Shown: piece by piece, positions 19,859-28,745 of the stretch | Layout of the letters: each line of letters begins with the position of its first letter | Position numbering within the stretch: position 1 is the stretch's first letter | Assembly (NCBI GenBank): GCA_052035525.1 | Contig: JBPOHN010000024.1 | Coordinates: 13,527 to 77,526 of the forward strand | Length of the DNA: 64,000 bases | From: Armatimonadota bacterium | GTDB lineage: Bacteria > Armatimonadota > UBA5829 | Reading direction: 5' to 3' | The notes under the pieces: generated by a model | The model's input: the letters and a program-made list of their open reading frames with translations, nothing else | What the model was told of the DNA's origin: nothing | Database searches by the model: none | Translations under genes and position numbers: made by a program

Positions 19859-19963
19859 AAGGCGTAGTATAGCAGGCAATCGCAGATGGTGGAAGCAGGA
19901 ATATGGGAAGACGTTCCACGGCGGCCTGGTGATCTGGTATACTTGGCACGTGGAGTAGAGATC

Positions 19964-21046
19964 ATGCTTCAGATAGACAACGTGAACTGGGAAGTGTCCC
20001 GCCGCCGCCACGAGGCATGGTGGCACGGCGAGGTCATTGATCGCGTCCTCCTTCAGGTAACCGCGCCCAAGAAGGACGCCCCTGCCGGCGCGCCGCCGCC
20101 GGCTGCACGCGATTATGAGCAGCAGTGGATGGACGCCGATCTGCGCCTGCAGTGGTTCGAATGGAATATGAGCCGAACCTACTATGCCGGCGACGCATTC
20201 CCGCTTTTCGATCCTGAACTCGGCCCCGGCACGCTCTCGACATTCATCGGAGCCAGGCCCGAGTTCGCAAGCAACACTGTCTGGTATCACCCCTGCGTGG
20301 ACGACATCCCGAACGCGAAACCGCCGACCTTTGACGATGACAACGTATACTGGAAGTTCGTCAAGGAGCTATCGACCAAATCAGTGGAGCGCCTGCAGAG
20401 ACGTGCGCTTGTCGCGTTTCCGGACCTAATCGAGAACCTGGACACGATCGCTTCGCTTTTCGGTACGAATGAACTCCTGATGGCGATGATCGACTACCCC
20501 GAGAAAGTGCACGAGTTCCAGCGTGCCATACTGCCTCTCTACCTTCAGCATCACGGCAGGCTTTACGATATCATCAAGGACGAGATCGGAGGATCCTCTT
20601 TCTGCCAGTTCTACATCTACGGGATAGGCCGGATCGCCAAACTGCAGTGCGACTTTTCGGCGATGATATCACCCGAGATGTTCGAGGAGTTCCTGGTCCC
20701 GTATATGGTACCGCAGTGCCGGGCGCTCGATCATACCGTCTACCACTGGGATGGCCGATGCGCGCTGCAGCACGAAGGCCCTCTTCTGGCAATGGAAGAG
20801 CTGCAGGCTATCCAATGGACGCCCGGGGCCGGTGAGCCGCCGCCCGGCGATCCTTTCTGGTATCCGCTGTATCACCGTGTGCGCGCCAAGGGCAAGTCGC
20901 TGCTGCTGATCGGCGTATCGCCGGAGCACGTGCAGGGGTTGGTTGAGGAACTCGGTCCCGAGGGCTTGCATATCGTCACCTCGACAGGGTCGCAGGAAGA
21001 AGCCGATGATCTTATCAGGCAATCATACACATGGCGGAAGAGGTAA
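19964..21046 (+). CDS. hypothetical protein (possible URO-D-like fold); start uncertain
   Basis: The 386-aa ORF starts at 19886, only 27 bp from the divergent TP start, so the internal ATG at 19964 is the more plausible start. No firm family assignment. Confidence 0.3.
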   Translation: MLQIDNVNWEVSRRRHEAWWHGEVIDRVLLQVTAPKKDAPAGAPPPAARDYEQQWMDADLRLQWFEWNMSRTYYAGDAFPLFDPELGPGTLSTFIGARPEFASNTVWYHPCVDDIPNAKPPTFDDDNVYWKFVKELSTKSVERLQRRALVAFPDLIENLDTIASLFGTNELLMAMIDYPEKVHEFQRAILPLYLQHHGRLYDIIKDEIGGSSFCQFYIYGIGRIAKLQCDFSAMISPEMFEEFLVPYMVPQCRALDHTVYHWDGRCALQHEGPLLAMEELQAIQWTPGAGEPPPGDPFWYPLYHRVRAKGKSLLLIGVSPEHVQGLVEELGPEGLHIVTSTGSQEEADDLIRQSYTWRKR

Positions 21047-21047
21047 G

Positions 21048-21695
21048 ATGATGAGACTAGCCTCTATAGCTGCAGTCCTGACGTTCCTTCTGTGCGGGTC
21101 CCTGTGTGCCCAGCAGCAGGTTCCGCCTGAATCCATGGACAAGCTGGTGGAGGTGTTCAGCATCTTCCGCGATGAGCTCTGGGAGCGTAACGACGACTAC
21201 TGGCACCGCGGCTGGTTCGACCGATGCATCGGCAACATGCGCATCATAACCCAACTCGATCCCCACGATACCGAGGCATACACTAACACGGCGTGGTTGA
21301 TGAGCAGCGATTTGCGAGAAGAGGAAGCCGAAGCATTCCTGCGCGAAGGACTGGCCAACAACACTGACTCAAGCGATATGTACTTCGAGCTGGGGATGTT
21401 CCTCTATCTGCGCATGCGCTTTGACGAGTCCCTGATCTACCTCTCCGGCGCGGTCGTGACGGGCGCGCCGCCCTTCGTCTGGCACCAGCTCGCTCACGCC
21501 TACGAGCGAGCAGGCCGGATCGGCGACTGCCTGGACACGTGGTTCATTCTGGAGGCGATGGAGCCCGACAGCGGAGTCCCGGCCATGCAGATCGACCGCA
21601 TTCTCCACGGTGGTGAGCCTTCGCGCGCGCCGGAGGGCATCGTGGAGTCCATTGCCCATCGAAAACAGGAGCGGGCGGCCGGACGGGATCATTAG
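21048..21695 (+). CDS. secreted hypothetical protein (helical/TPR-like)
   Basis: Starts MMRLASIAAVLTFLLCGSLCAQ (signal peptide), 1 nt after the upstream stop, preceded by ggaagagg. The 5' part of the ORF as given in the track is out of context. Confidence 0.45.
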   Translation: MMRLASIAAVLTFLLCGSLCAQQQVPPESMDKLVEVFSIFRDELWERNDDYWHRGWFDRCIGNMRIITQLDPHDTEAYTNTAWLMSSDLREEEAEAFLREGLANNTDSSDMYFELGMFLYLRMRFDESLIYLSGAVVTGAPPFVWHQLAHAYERAGRIGDCLDTWFILEAMEPDSGVPAMQIDRILHGGEPSRAPEGIVESIAHRKQERAAGRDH

Positions 21696-21977
21696 ATGCC
21701 TTCGACCTGGCCGAATGCCTGACGCGGCGCGACTCCTGTAGGCAGACGTGCCTCCTCATTGTTCGCAGCGGTTTCACACTTTGGCGATAGGGTATACATT
21801 TAGTGTGTAGTCACCCTGAGGAGGTAGGCGCGGCAAAGATCAGCCAATTCGGATTTGGGAGAAGAGAGATATGCGGAGCCGGTGCAACCCGATACCTACC
21901 CCCGAAAAGGGCTCGCCCTGCCTGACCTAGATGCCCTGGAGCGGAACCTCCCGTTCCAGGGCATTACTGCACTTCGA

Positions 21978-23234
21978 CTAGCCGTAGACCAGCGACGCTG
22001 CCTCTTCGTCCCATCGCCAGACAGACTCGCTGCCCCGCAGGTGAACGCCGCCGAGCCAACGGTCTATGCCTCTGATCCTCACCCGGTCCGCTCTGCATTC
22101 GCGTACAGCGTGACCGGCATCGGTCAAGTCAAAGCCGATTTCCTTCAGGGGCCACTGATACCGCCTCAGGCCTTGGGTGCGCTCCAGGCCATTCACCACC
22201 AGCAGAGGAGCATCCCCCGAGGCTAGCCCCATTAGCTCATCCAGCAGCATCGTGTCGCCGAAGTACGGCGTCTCCTCCATATCGGACACCCTGAGAAACA
22301 GGCTGACGAAGTCTGCCGGGCCCTGCGCAAGCACATCAAGCGACGCCTGCTCCGTTCTGCCCAACCCGTTCCGAACCGAAGGGAACCTCTGCAGGTGCCG
22401 CCGCATCGCCGGCGCGAGATAGGGCAGCGATGAAGTATCGCCGGCGATCAGACTCTCGATTGCCCTCGCATCAGGCGAGCGATAGGCATCCCACGCCCGC
22501 GTCGCCAGTTCCATCTCTTCACTTGTCACCTCGTGACGCCTGTCAAGCAGCGTCGCCATCTGCTCCGGACGGAGTTCGCCAAGTCCCCTGAACCTGGCGA
22601 ACCCTGGGAACTCTCCCACGCAGATAAGGCTGAGCTTTGTGTCGCCCATGTCCTGCCGGGAGAACCAGTCCAGGTGCCGGATCAGTATCGTCTGGTCGAA
22701 CAGGCAGGCGTCAAACCACAGCACTACTTCTCGATAGCCTGGATAATCCTCAAGGCGCTTGTACATCTCCCTGAAGAAGGCGATGCCACTCTCGAGGTTC
22801 TGAAATCGATCAGCGACCACGCTGGCGCGCAACCTGAACCACTCACTCTCCGGCACATTCGGAGGCACCGGTCCGTCCACGAGCGGATCGTACCATGTCA
22901 GGACGGTACCCGGGACACCACTGCGCCTGAGGCTCTCAGCGGATATGTCTCCGCAATGCAGGTGCATGAATCTCGACTCCTGCTCTTTGCCCTCGACCAC
23001 TTGTTTGAGCGCAGCCCAACTGGGGAAGCCGTAGTCCATTGCCAGGGCGTATTGTGCCTCCGCAAGTGACAGCGGCGAGTCCAGGATTTGCTCATCTGTT
23101 AGCTTGGAAAAGCGGTGCAGGTGGCGCAGCAGCGGGAATACCGACGCCTCGCGCCGGGAATGGGACTTGACGAGTGTTTTGGCCTGCTTCTTGACGTTCT
23201 CAAAGCTTGGCCGCGCGGGCAGTGATCTGGTCAT
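21978..23234 (-). CDS. DUF1835/DUF3658 domain protein with extra N-terminal helical domain
   Basis: 418 aa. The RFMHLHCGDISAESLRRSG...WYDPLVDGPVP block is typical of DUF1835. Confidence 0.5.
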   Translation of the reverse strand: MTRSLPARPSFENVKKQAKTLVKSHSRREASVFPLLRHLHRFSKLTDEQILDSPLSLAEAQYALAMDYGFPSWAALKQVVEGKEQESRFMHLHCGDISAESLRRSGVPGTVLTWYDPLVDGPVPPNVPESEWFRLRASVVADRFQNLESGIAFFREMYKRLEDYPGYREVVLWFDACLFDQTILIRHLDWFSRQDMGDTKLSLICVGEFPGFARFRGLGELRPEQMATLLDRRHEVTSEEMELATRAWDAYRSPDARAIESLIAGDTSSLPYLAPAMRRHLQRFPSVRNGLGRTEQASLDVLAQGPADFVSLFLRVSDMEETPYFGDTMLLDELMGLASGDAPLLVVNGLERTQGLRRYQWPLKEIGFDLTDAGHAVRECRADRVRIRGIDRWLGGVHLRGSESVWRWDEEAASLVYG

Positions 23235-23493
23235 GATGACCTCCTTTCGTTGCCACGCCCGTTGTCTGCAAATAGCGGGCAGAAAGAAGGTTCGGCTGAA
23301 CGGTTCTTCATCGGGTGGGCTTAGCCCTTTCCGCAGACCTGAGGCGCCCGCCTAGCACCTGGTGCCAGAATACCCGTTGCGTCACACATTGTCAATGGCA
23401 GCAAACGCTGCAACGCCTTGATTGCAAGACAGCAGGACGCCGCGGCATGGAGCCACGGCGTCCTAAGGAAGTGGATCAAGTCACATCCGCCTG

Positions 23494-24165
23494 CTAGCTA
23501 GGATTCTGTGCAACCCACCTGTCCAGACGGAACACCCAGTCAGCCGATTTGCGGGACAGGAACTGAGCCTGCTGCCTCATCGCAGGAGTAAGAGCCATCC
23601 TGCCACCCACCAGATCGGCAGAGTTGGACTGGCGAAGCAGTTCGGCAAGTGTACGTGCATACACCGCGTCGAAGCAGTTGGCAGGAGTGCTCGCCAACTG
23701 ATCTATCACAGCCTGCGCCTTCAGGCAGTCAGGCGAAGCCACGTCGCAAGCGATCGCGCCGTACCAGCTCTGCAGCTTTGAATTGGCGCTAACCATGTAA
23801 CCACGGATCTCGCTCGATATGTCGCGCAGGTTGGCGTCAGACGCCCTTGTCATGCCGTACTCCGTCACAGCGATGATCACGCTGTTATGAGCATACATAT
23901 TGCGTGCGAAGACCGGATCGAATTCACAAGCATCACACGGCAGAAGGGCCGCCGGGCCTGCACCGACTGCAGCCGGGACAGCCTCAGGGCACGGACACGG
24001 CTGCGGGCACACCTGCGGGCACGGGTCCGGACACGGAGCCACGCACACGGTCGGGCATGCCACCTTCACGGGCTGAGGCCCCGGACAGACAACGCACTCG
24101 GCGTACACCGCCGAGGCCGCGAGAACCAGGATTGCCATCACTAGCGTCCACTTGACGTATCTCAT
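23494..24165 (-). CDS. secreted DUF4142-like protein with Cys-Pro-rich N-terminal linker
   Basis: Signal peptide, then CVVCPGPQPVKVACPTVCVAPCPDPCPQVCPQPCPCPEAV (12 Cys in about 50 aa), then a helical domain. Confidence 0.5.
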   Translation of the reverse strand: MRYVKWTLVMAILVLAASAVYAECVVCPGPQPVKVACPTVCVAPCPDPCPQVCPQPCPCPEAVPAAVGAGPAALLPCDACEFDPVFARNMYAHNSVIIAVTEYGMTRASDANLRDISSEIRGYMVSANSKLQSWYGAIACDVASPDCLKAQAVIDQLASTPANCFDAVYARTLAELLRQSNSADLVGGRMALTPAMRQQAQFLSRKSADWVFRLDRWVAQNPS

Positions 24166-24347
24166 CTCTCAACCTCCTCGAGGCTCACTAAGGCATGAAC
24201 GCTATCTCATGGATGATATACCGCCCCCACGCCTGCACCAATCGTGTATTATCTATGACCGGCCTCGGCAGCACGCTTCAGCGCACGTCCAGCGCTGCGG
24301 GCGCTCGCTCTGCATGGGTACAAGGCTGTAGCAGCCCTTGAAGGTGA

Positions 24348-24697
24348 GTATATGATCGACCCGTCCGACATGCTCCAGACGTGCATAAACCATCTGTCCG
24401 CGCTGATTGCCAAGTTGACGCCGGTGTGAAGAAGGGCTGCGTCTGGGTGGCGGTGCTGGACCACGGCCCGGGCATTGCGGCGCTGACCATTCCGCGCGCT
24501 ACCCTCCGAAGGGCTTCTCGACCACTGCATCGCTGGGAATGGGCTACTCGATTATGTTAGACTCGTCCGACGGATTGCTCCTCGCCACAGGTCCCGAGGG
24601 AACAGGCATCGTCCTGCTCAAGGACATCGTGCAGGAGGAGCCTGAGATCTCGCTGGACGCCCTGCGAGATACCTGGGACGAGCTTCCCGTCGCCTGA
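24348..24697 (+). pseudogene. decayed HATPase_c (histidine-kinase / anti-sigma-factor ATPase) remnant spread over two frames
   Basis: Frame 0 has VRADCQVDAGVKKGCVWVAVLDHGPGIAAL (G1 box D.G.GI). A -1 shift leads to MLDSSDGLLLATGPEGTGIVLLKDIVQEEPEISLDALRDTWDELPVA* (G2-box-like G.GIVL..IV). It lies in an otherwise gene-free 690-bp gap. Confidence 0.35.
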
Positions 24698-24853
24698 TCG
24701 CACCTATCCCCGTAAATTGGCCGGATTTCCGGCTCCACGCATCGTTTCCAGCTATATTGCCAGCCCGTTAGGGGCTCATTCCATGGCAGTACCTAGTATA
24801 CGTGAACCGCGCGACACCGCAAGCTGATTTGGCGTCCGAGGGCTGTTCCGGGA

Positions 24854-26686
24854 ATGGAGAGTATCACGATGTCAATTCTGAGGTTGTGTGTACTTGCTGC
24901 GCTCCTTTCGATGGTCACCGGGTCCGTAGCTGATTCGGGACCTCTATTCGACCTTCCGACCACGTATCCCCTCTATCAGGAAGCCAGGACGGTTGCCGTA
25001 GGCGATCTAAACGGTGACGGACGCGACGACGTCGCGGTCACGGCATGGCCGTCCGCGCTCTACGTGTTCTATCAGCAGCCGGATGGACTGCTCGCACCGC
25101 CGATCACGCTCTACTCGCCCAACCTTCCAAAAGCTATTGCCGTCGGCGACCTGAACGGCGATGGCCGGAGAGACCTGGCAGTCGGAGGCTCCAACGGGAC
25201 TATCCTCCTCTACTACCAACTCGGTGATGGCACTTTCGGTCTGCCGGCTGTGTGCTACGGTTATGGTCAGGTCAGCTCCCTGGTGATAGAGGACCTGAAC
25301 GGCGATGGGCTCACGGACATCGCGGACACGTCTGCCACCTATCCGCTGCTGTATGTGTCGCTGCAGATGCCCGACGGCACTTTTGATCTTCCTTACTCCT
25401 GGGTGCTAGACGGGAGGAATGCGCGAAGCCTGTGCGCCCTGGACTACAACTCAGACGGCATCAAGGACCTCGCATGTCTGCTGGATGATCAGATAGCGTA
25501 TCTCCAGGGCTTGCCGCAGAGTCCTTTCGGGCAGCCGTCCTATCTCCCGTCGCCCTGGGCCTGCGCACTCGCGGCGGCCGATGTTACCGGGGACGGCCGC
25601 GACGATCTGGTCTACACAGTGCCTGACAGTCCGGGATACGGAATGGTCGGCGTTCTGGCACAGCAAGAGGACGGTGCCCCCGGGTCTCCTCAGTTCTACC
25701 CCGCCTATGCCTACGCTCAGGCGCTTGCGCTCGCGGACTTGAACATGGACGGCAGAAAGGACGCGGCTGCCGTGCAGTCGGGCTACGAGTCCGTCGTTGT
25801 TCTATGCCAGACGCCCGAAGGCGTCTTTGGGGATTGGGTCCCCTACCCGATTCCTTACAGCAACAGCTACGAATGCCGCGCGATTGCCGTGGGCGACCTC
25901 AATTCAGACGGCGCCCCGGACCTGGCTATCGCAGATCGCTGGAATGGGCTTGTCGTAGTTCCTCACACGCCGGTCGCGGTCGAGCCAATATTGGATACGA
26001 CTGCTCCGACATGTGCGGCCGACCTGTCGGGCACTCCAGGCCAGAATGGCTGGTACGTATCGGCTGTCACGCTCACGATTACCGCACAGGATGAAGAGGA
26101 TGGGTCCGGGCTGAGTGGCATCTTCGTTACCACTGACGGCGTCCTCTGGTCCGCCTATTCGCAGCCTCTCCTACTATCAGAGCAGGGGGAAGTCTCCGTT
26201 GGTTACTACGCCGAAGACATGGCTGGCAACCGATCGGAGACGCAATGGGTTACAGTCAAGCTGGACACGGCAGCGCCGGAGCTGACCGTTGAGCCGCTTG
26301 TGACTACAATTTGGCCGCCCCGAGGCGATGTCGTGGACATACCCGTAAGAGTCACTGCTACCGACTCGGCCTCAGGTGTTGATCGTCTGTATCTTGCTGT
26401 GAAGGATGAATACGGTCTGGTTGAGCCGGAGCTGTTCATTCCTGCTAGCTCAACGGTCACGGTGCCGTTGGTCGCAGCAAGAAACGGCGGGGACAAGGAT
26501 GGCCGAATCTACACCCTAACCCTGACGGGCAGTGATATCGCAGGCAACATTGCCGCGGTTACTTCCACTGTCACCGTTCCCGGGGCGGCTAACCAGGAGC
26601 CGAAGGAACCAAAAGAACCGAAAGAACCGAAAGAGCCTAAGGAACCCAAGGAACCGAAAGAACCGAAGAAGCCAAAGGAGGGCTAG
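24854..26686 (+). CDS. secreted FG-GAP/VCBS-repeat protein with Ig-like domains and C-terminal (EPK)n tail
   Basis: Repeated VGDLNGDGRDD / GDLNGDGRRD FG-GAP motifs. The C-terminus is QEPKEPKEPKEPKEPKEPKEPKKPKEG. Confidence 0.6.
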   Translation: MESITMSILRLCVLAALLSMVTGSVADSGPLFDLPTTYPLYQEARTVAVGDLNGDGRDDVAVTAWPSALYVFYQQPDGLLAPPITLYSPNLPKAIAVGDLNGDGRRDLAVGGSNGTILLYYQLGDGTFGLPAVCYGYGQVSSLVIEDLNGDGLTDIADTSATYPLLYVSLQMPDGTFDLPYSWVLDGRNARSLCALDYNSDGIKDLACLLDDQIAYLQGLPQSPFGQPSYLPSPWACALAAADVTGDGRDDLVYTVPDSPGYGMVGVLAQQEDGAPGSPQFYPAYAYAQALALADLNMDGRKDAAAVQSGYESVVVLCQTPEGVFGDWVPYPIPYSNSYECRAIAVGDLNSDGAPDLAIADRWNGLVVVPHTPVAVEPILDTTAPTCAADLSGTPGQNGWYVSAVTLTITAQDEEDGSGLSGIFVTTDGVLWSAYSQPLLLSEQGEVSVGYYAEDMAGNRSETQWVTVKLDTAAPELTVEPLVTTIWPPRGDVVDIPVRVTATDSASGVDRLYLAVKDEYGLVEPELFIPASSTVTVPLVAARNGGDKDGRIYTLTLTGSDIAGNIAAVTSTVTVPGAANQEPKEPKEPKEPKEPKEPKEPKEPKKPKEG

Positions 26687-26770
26687 GAGGCCGAGGCTGG
26701 TTGAAATGCCATTGGGCGGCGGTCGCTCGGCCGCCGCCCAATGCTGTGAATCTGGGTAAGCAAGAACCCT

Positions 26771-27664
26771 CTAGAACCCCAGCAAGCTGCCACCCTGCTT
26801 CTCGCGCGGAACGTCGAAGGGCTTCTCCATGTCGTAGTTCGAGACAAGCGCCGTCAACTTCGCGTCGGCATCGTCGGCAGCCTTATCAATGTTTGCCTGC
26901 AGGTTCGGGTCCTTCTGCATTCGGAGCATTGCGGTCAGCCCCTCAGCAATCGACTCGCTCTTACGAACATCCACCTTGCTCGTGATCTGCACCTCGCGCT
27001 TGATGGTCTCGGTCTCCGTCGCCAGCACGGCGCGATAGGCACCGGCAAACTCGCGGCATTGCTCAGGGGCAGGTTTCTGATCGAAGTACTTGAGCGTCGC
27101 CAGCCAGTTGCCATACTGCCTGTTGAGTTCCTGGCGCATGTCTGCCATCGGGTCCTTCACGTCTGCGCTGTCGCCGCCCTCTATGGCATCAAGGATGGCC
27201 TCGTACGACTTGGCCTGGCCACCAACAGCAAGCAGCAGAGCTGCCGAGGTGTCCTTCAGAAGCATCTGCCGGTGTTCCTCGACCTTCTTCACGTGGTCCA
27301 GGTAATCCACAACCTCCGGCGGAGGCTTGGGCTTTGTCACGCCCTCAGGAGTCTTTGTCGGCGGCGCAGGATTGCCGGGAGGAGCGGTTACAAGACCGCC
27401 GGAGTTGGGCTGGCCGGGCGGAGCGGTTGCGATGTTGGCATCCTGTCGCTCGACGCCTGCCGGTGCTGAGGCAACGTTCTTGTTGCTCATCGCGTAGATC
27501 CCCAGCGCGAGCAGGCCGATGATCGCCAGACCGATGATCACAAATACTATGGGATTCTTCTTCTTGGCCGGTGCAGCAGGCTGTTCAAATTCATTGATCG
27601 ACCCGCACTTGGGACATTGCCGCGTGTTGGCCGGGAGATCCAATCCGCATTTCGCGCATTTCAT
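26771..27664 (-). CDS. zinc-ribbon single-pass membrane protein with periplasmic helical domain
   Basis: MKCAKCGLDLPANTRQCPKCGS (CxxC-N12-CxxC), a TM helix IVFVIIGLAIIGLLALGIYA, a Pro-rich linker and a roughly 180-aa helical domain. The start is trimmed to the ATG at 27664. Confidence 0.5.
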   Translation of the reverse strand: MKCAKCGLDLPANTRQCPKCGSINEFEQPAAPAKKKNPIVFVIIGLAIIGLLALGIYAMSNKNVASAPAGVERQDANIATAPPGQPNSGGLVTAPPGNPAPPTKTPEGVTKPKPPPEVVDYLDHVKKVEEHRQMLLKDTSAALLLAVGGQAKSYEAILDAIEGGDSADVKDPMADMRQELNRQYGNWLATLKYFDQKPAPEQCREFAGAYRAVLATETETIKREVQITSKVDVRKSESIAEGLTAMLRMQKDPNLQANIDKAADDADAKLTALVSNYDMEKPFDVPREKQGGSLLGF

Positions 27665-27752
27665 GGCGACCCTCCTGGAGAAGTTCCTCACTTGAAGGCA
27701 GTATAGCACCAAAACCGGACGAGGAAAAGTGATGCAGTGAAACGGTAGCTTC

Positions 27753-28715
27753 CTACTCGTCGATCGGCCTGTAAACGGTCAGTGGTGTTTTGAACTCGGT
27801 CGGCGGATCGGTATCCAGAGTCAGCTTGAGCAGCCAGATCACCGAAATGGACGTGCCATCGATACTCGGAGGTGCGCTTCGGGGCAGTTGCAAGGTGAAT
27901 GACGCCTCAACGGATGACGCTGTCGGGTCCTGGGGCTTGATCACAGCCTCATCGGCCACCTGCCGCTCTATCTCCCTATCGACAGCGAGACGTACCCACT
28001 CGCAGACCTCTAGAGATACGGTGACGCGCGGGATCGCCAGTCCGCCAGGGTTTGCGATGGCAAACTTGCCTTCGACCTTGCCGCCCATCCGAACCGACTT
28101 CTCCGGCAGTTCGATCTTCATACTGGCCACGGCCGGATGAGAAGTCCCACTTGACGCGGGCGAGGTCAGCGCCACCGGCCTTCCGCGATGAATCCTGGGC
28201 ACGAAAACGACAGGGACAGTGCACCACACCTTAACTGCGCGGCCCAACACCGGCTGGAGTGTCGCGCATACCTTGTAGTCGATCTTCCCTGCCTTACCCT
28301 CGTAGCTCGCAGGCAGTGACGCGGGAAGGGTGATCGAGAACGGGTAGGTGTGTTCGCCGGGGCTGAGAGTTCGGCCGGTCTTGCGCTGCAGTATAGCGTT
28401 CCAGAGGAGAGAGGCCCGATCCGAGATCAGCCGCGGCTTCAGCGCTCCCGATAGCAGTTGCTCCCGTCCAAAGAACGCCCCGCTTCGCCTGAATGCATTG
28501 ATGATAGGCGCGCCCGCCGGCCTCTCCATTCCGGTGACTGAAACGCTGAGGGAGCGTATCCTAATCGGTTTCAGCAGCCTCAGCAGAACCACTCCGCTCA
28601 GACGGCGTCCCGTGGCGAACACGTCTCGTCCGAGGTGCAGTTCGAGCAGAGGATTGCCGTTCTTCACGACCCCGTCCACCGGCACATGAGGATCTCGACT
28701 CTCCATCAGTAGCAA
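27753..28715 (-). CDS. arrestin-fold protein (Spo0M-like bacterial arrestin)
   Basis: 320 aa with two beta-rich halves whose patterns (GVVLLRLLKPIRIRSLSVSVTGMER ; KVEGKFAIANPGGLAIPRVTVSLEV) resemble arrestin N/C domains. Assignment is tentative. Confidence 0.35.
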   Translation of the reverse strand: MLLMESRDPHVPVDGVVKNGNPLLELHLGRDVFATGRRLSGVVLLRLLKPIRIRSLSVSVTGMERPAGAPIINAFRRSGAFFGREQLLSGALKPRLISDRASLLWNAILQRKTGRTLSPGEHTYPFSITLPASLPASYEGKAGKIDYKVCATLQPVLGRAVKVWCTVPVVFVPRIHRGRPVALTSPASSGTSHPAVASMKIELPEKSVRMGGKVEGKFAIANPGGLAIPRVTVSLEVCEWVRLAVDREIERQVADEAVIKPQDPTASSVEASFTLQLPRSAPPSIDGTSISVIWLLKLTLDTDPPTEFKTPLTVYRPIDE

Positions 28716-28745
28716 TGGTAGCGCGGTTGTGCCCGAAATGCAAGG

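Noticed and set aside
19859-20290. 144-codon upstream extension of the thymidine phosphorylase ORF
   Set aside because: The family N-terminus MRIHDIIAAKRDG begins at 19858. The extension is out-of-family sequence overlapping the divergent gene.
24249-24738. Minus-strand ORFs 24249..24530, 24278..24490, 24544..24738
   Set aside because: Nonsense-like translations antisense to the HATPase_c remnant frames.
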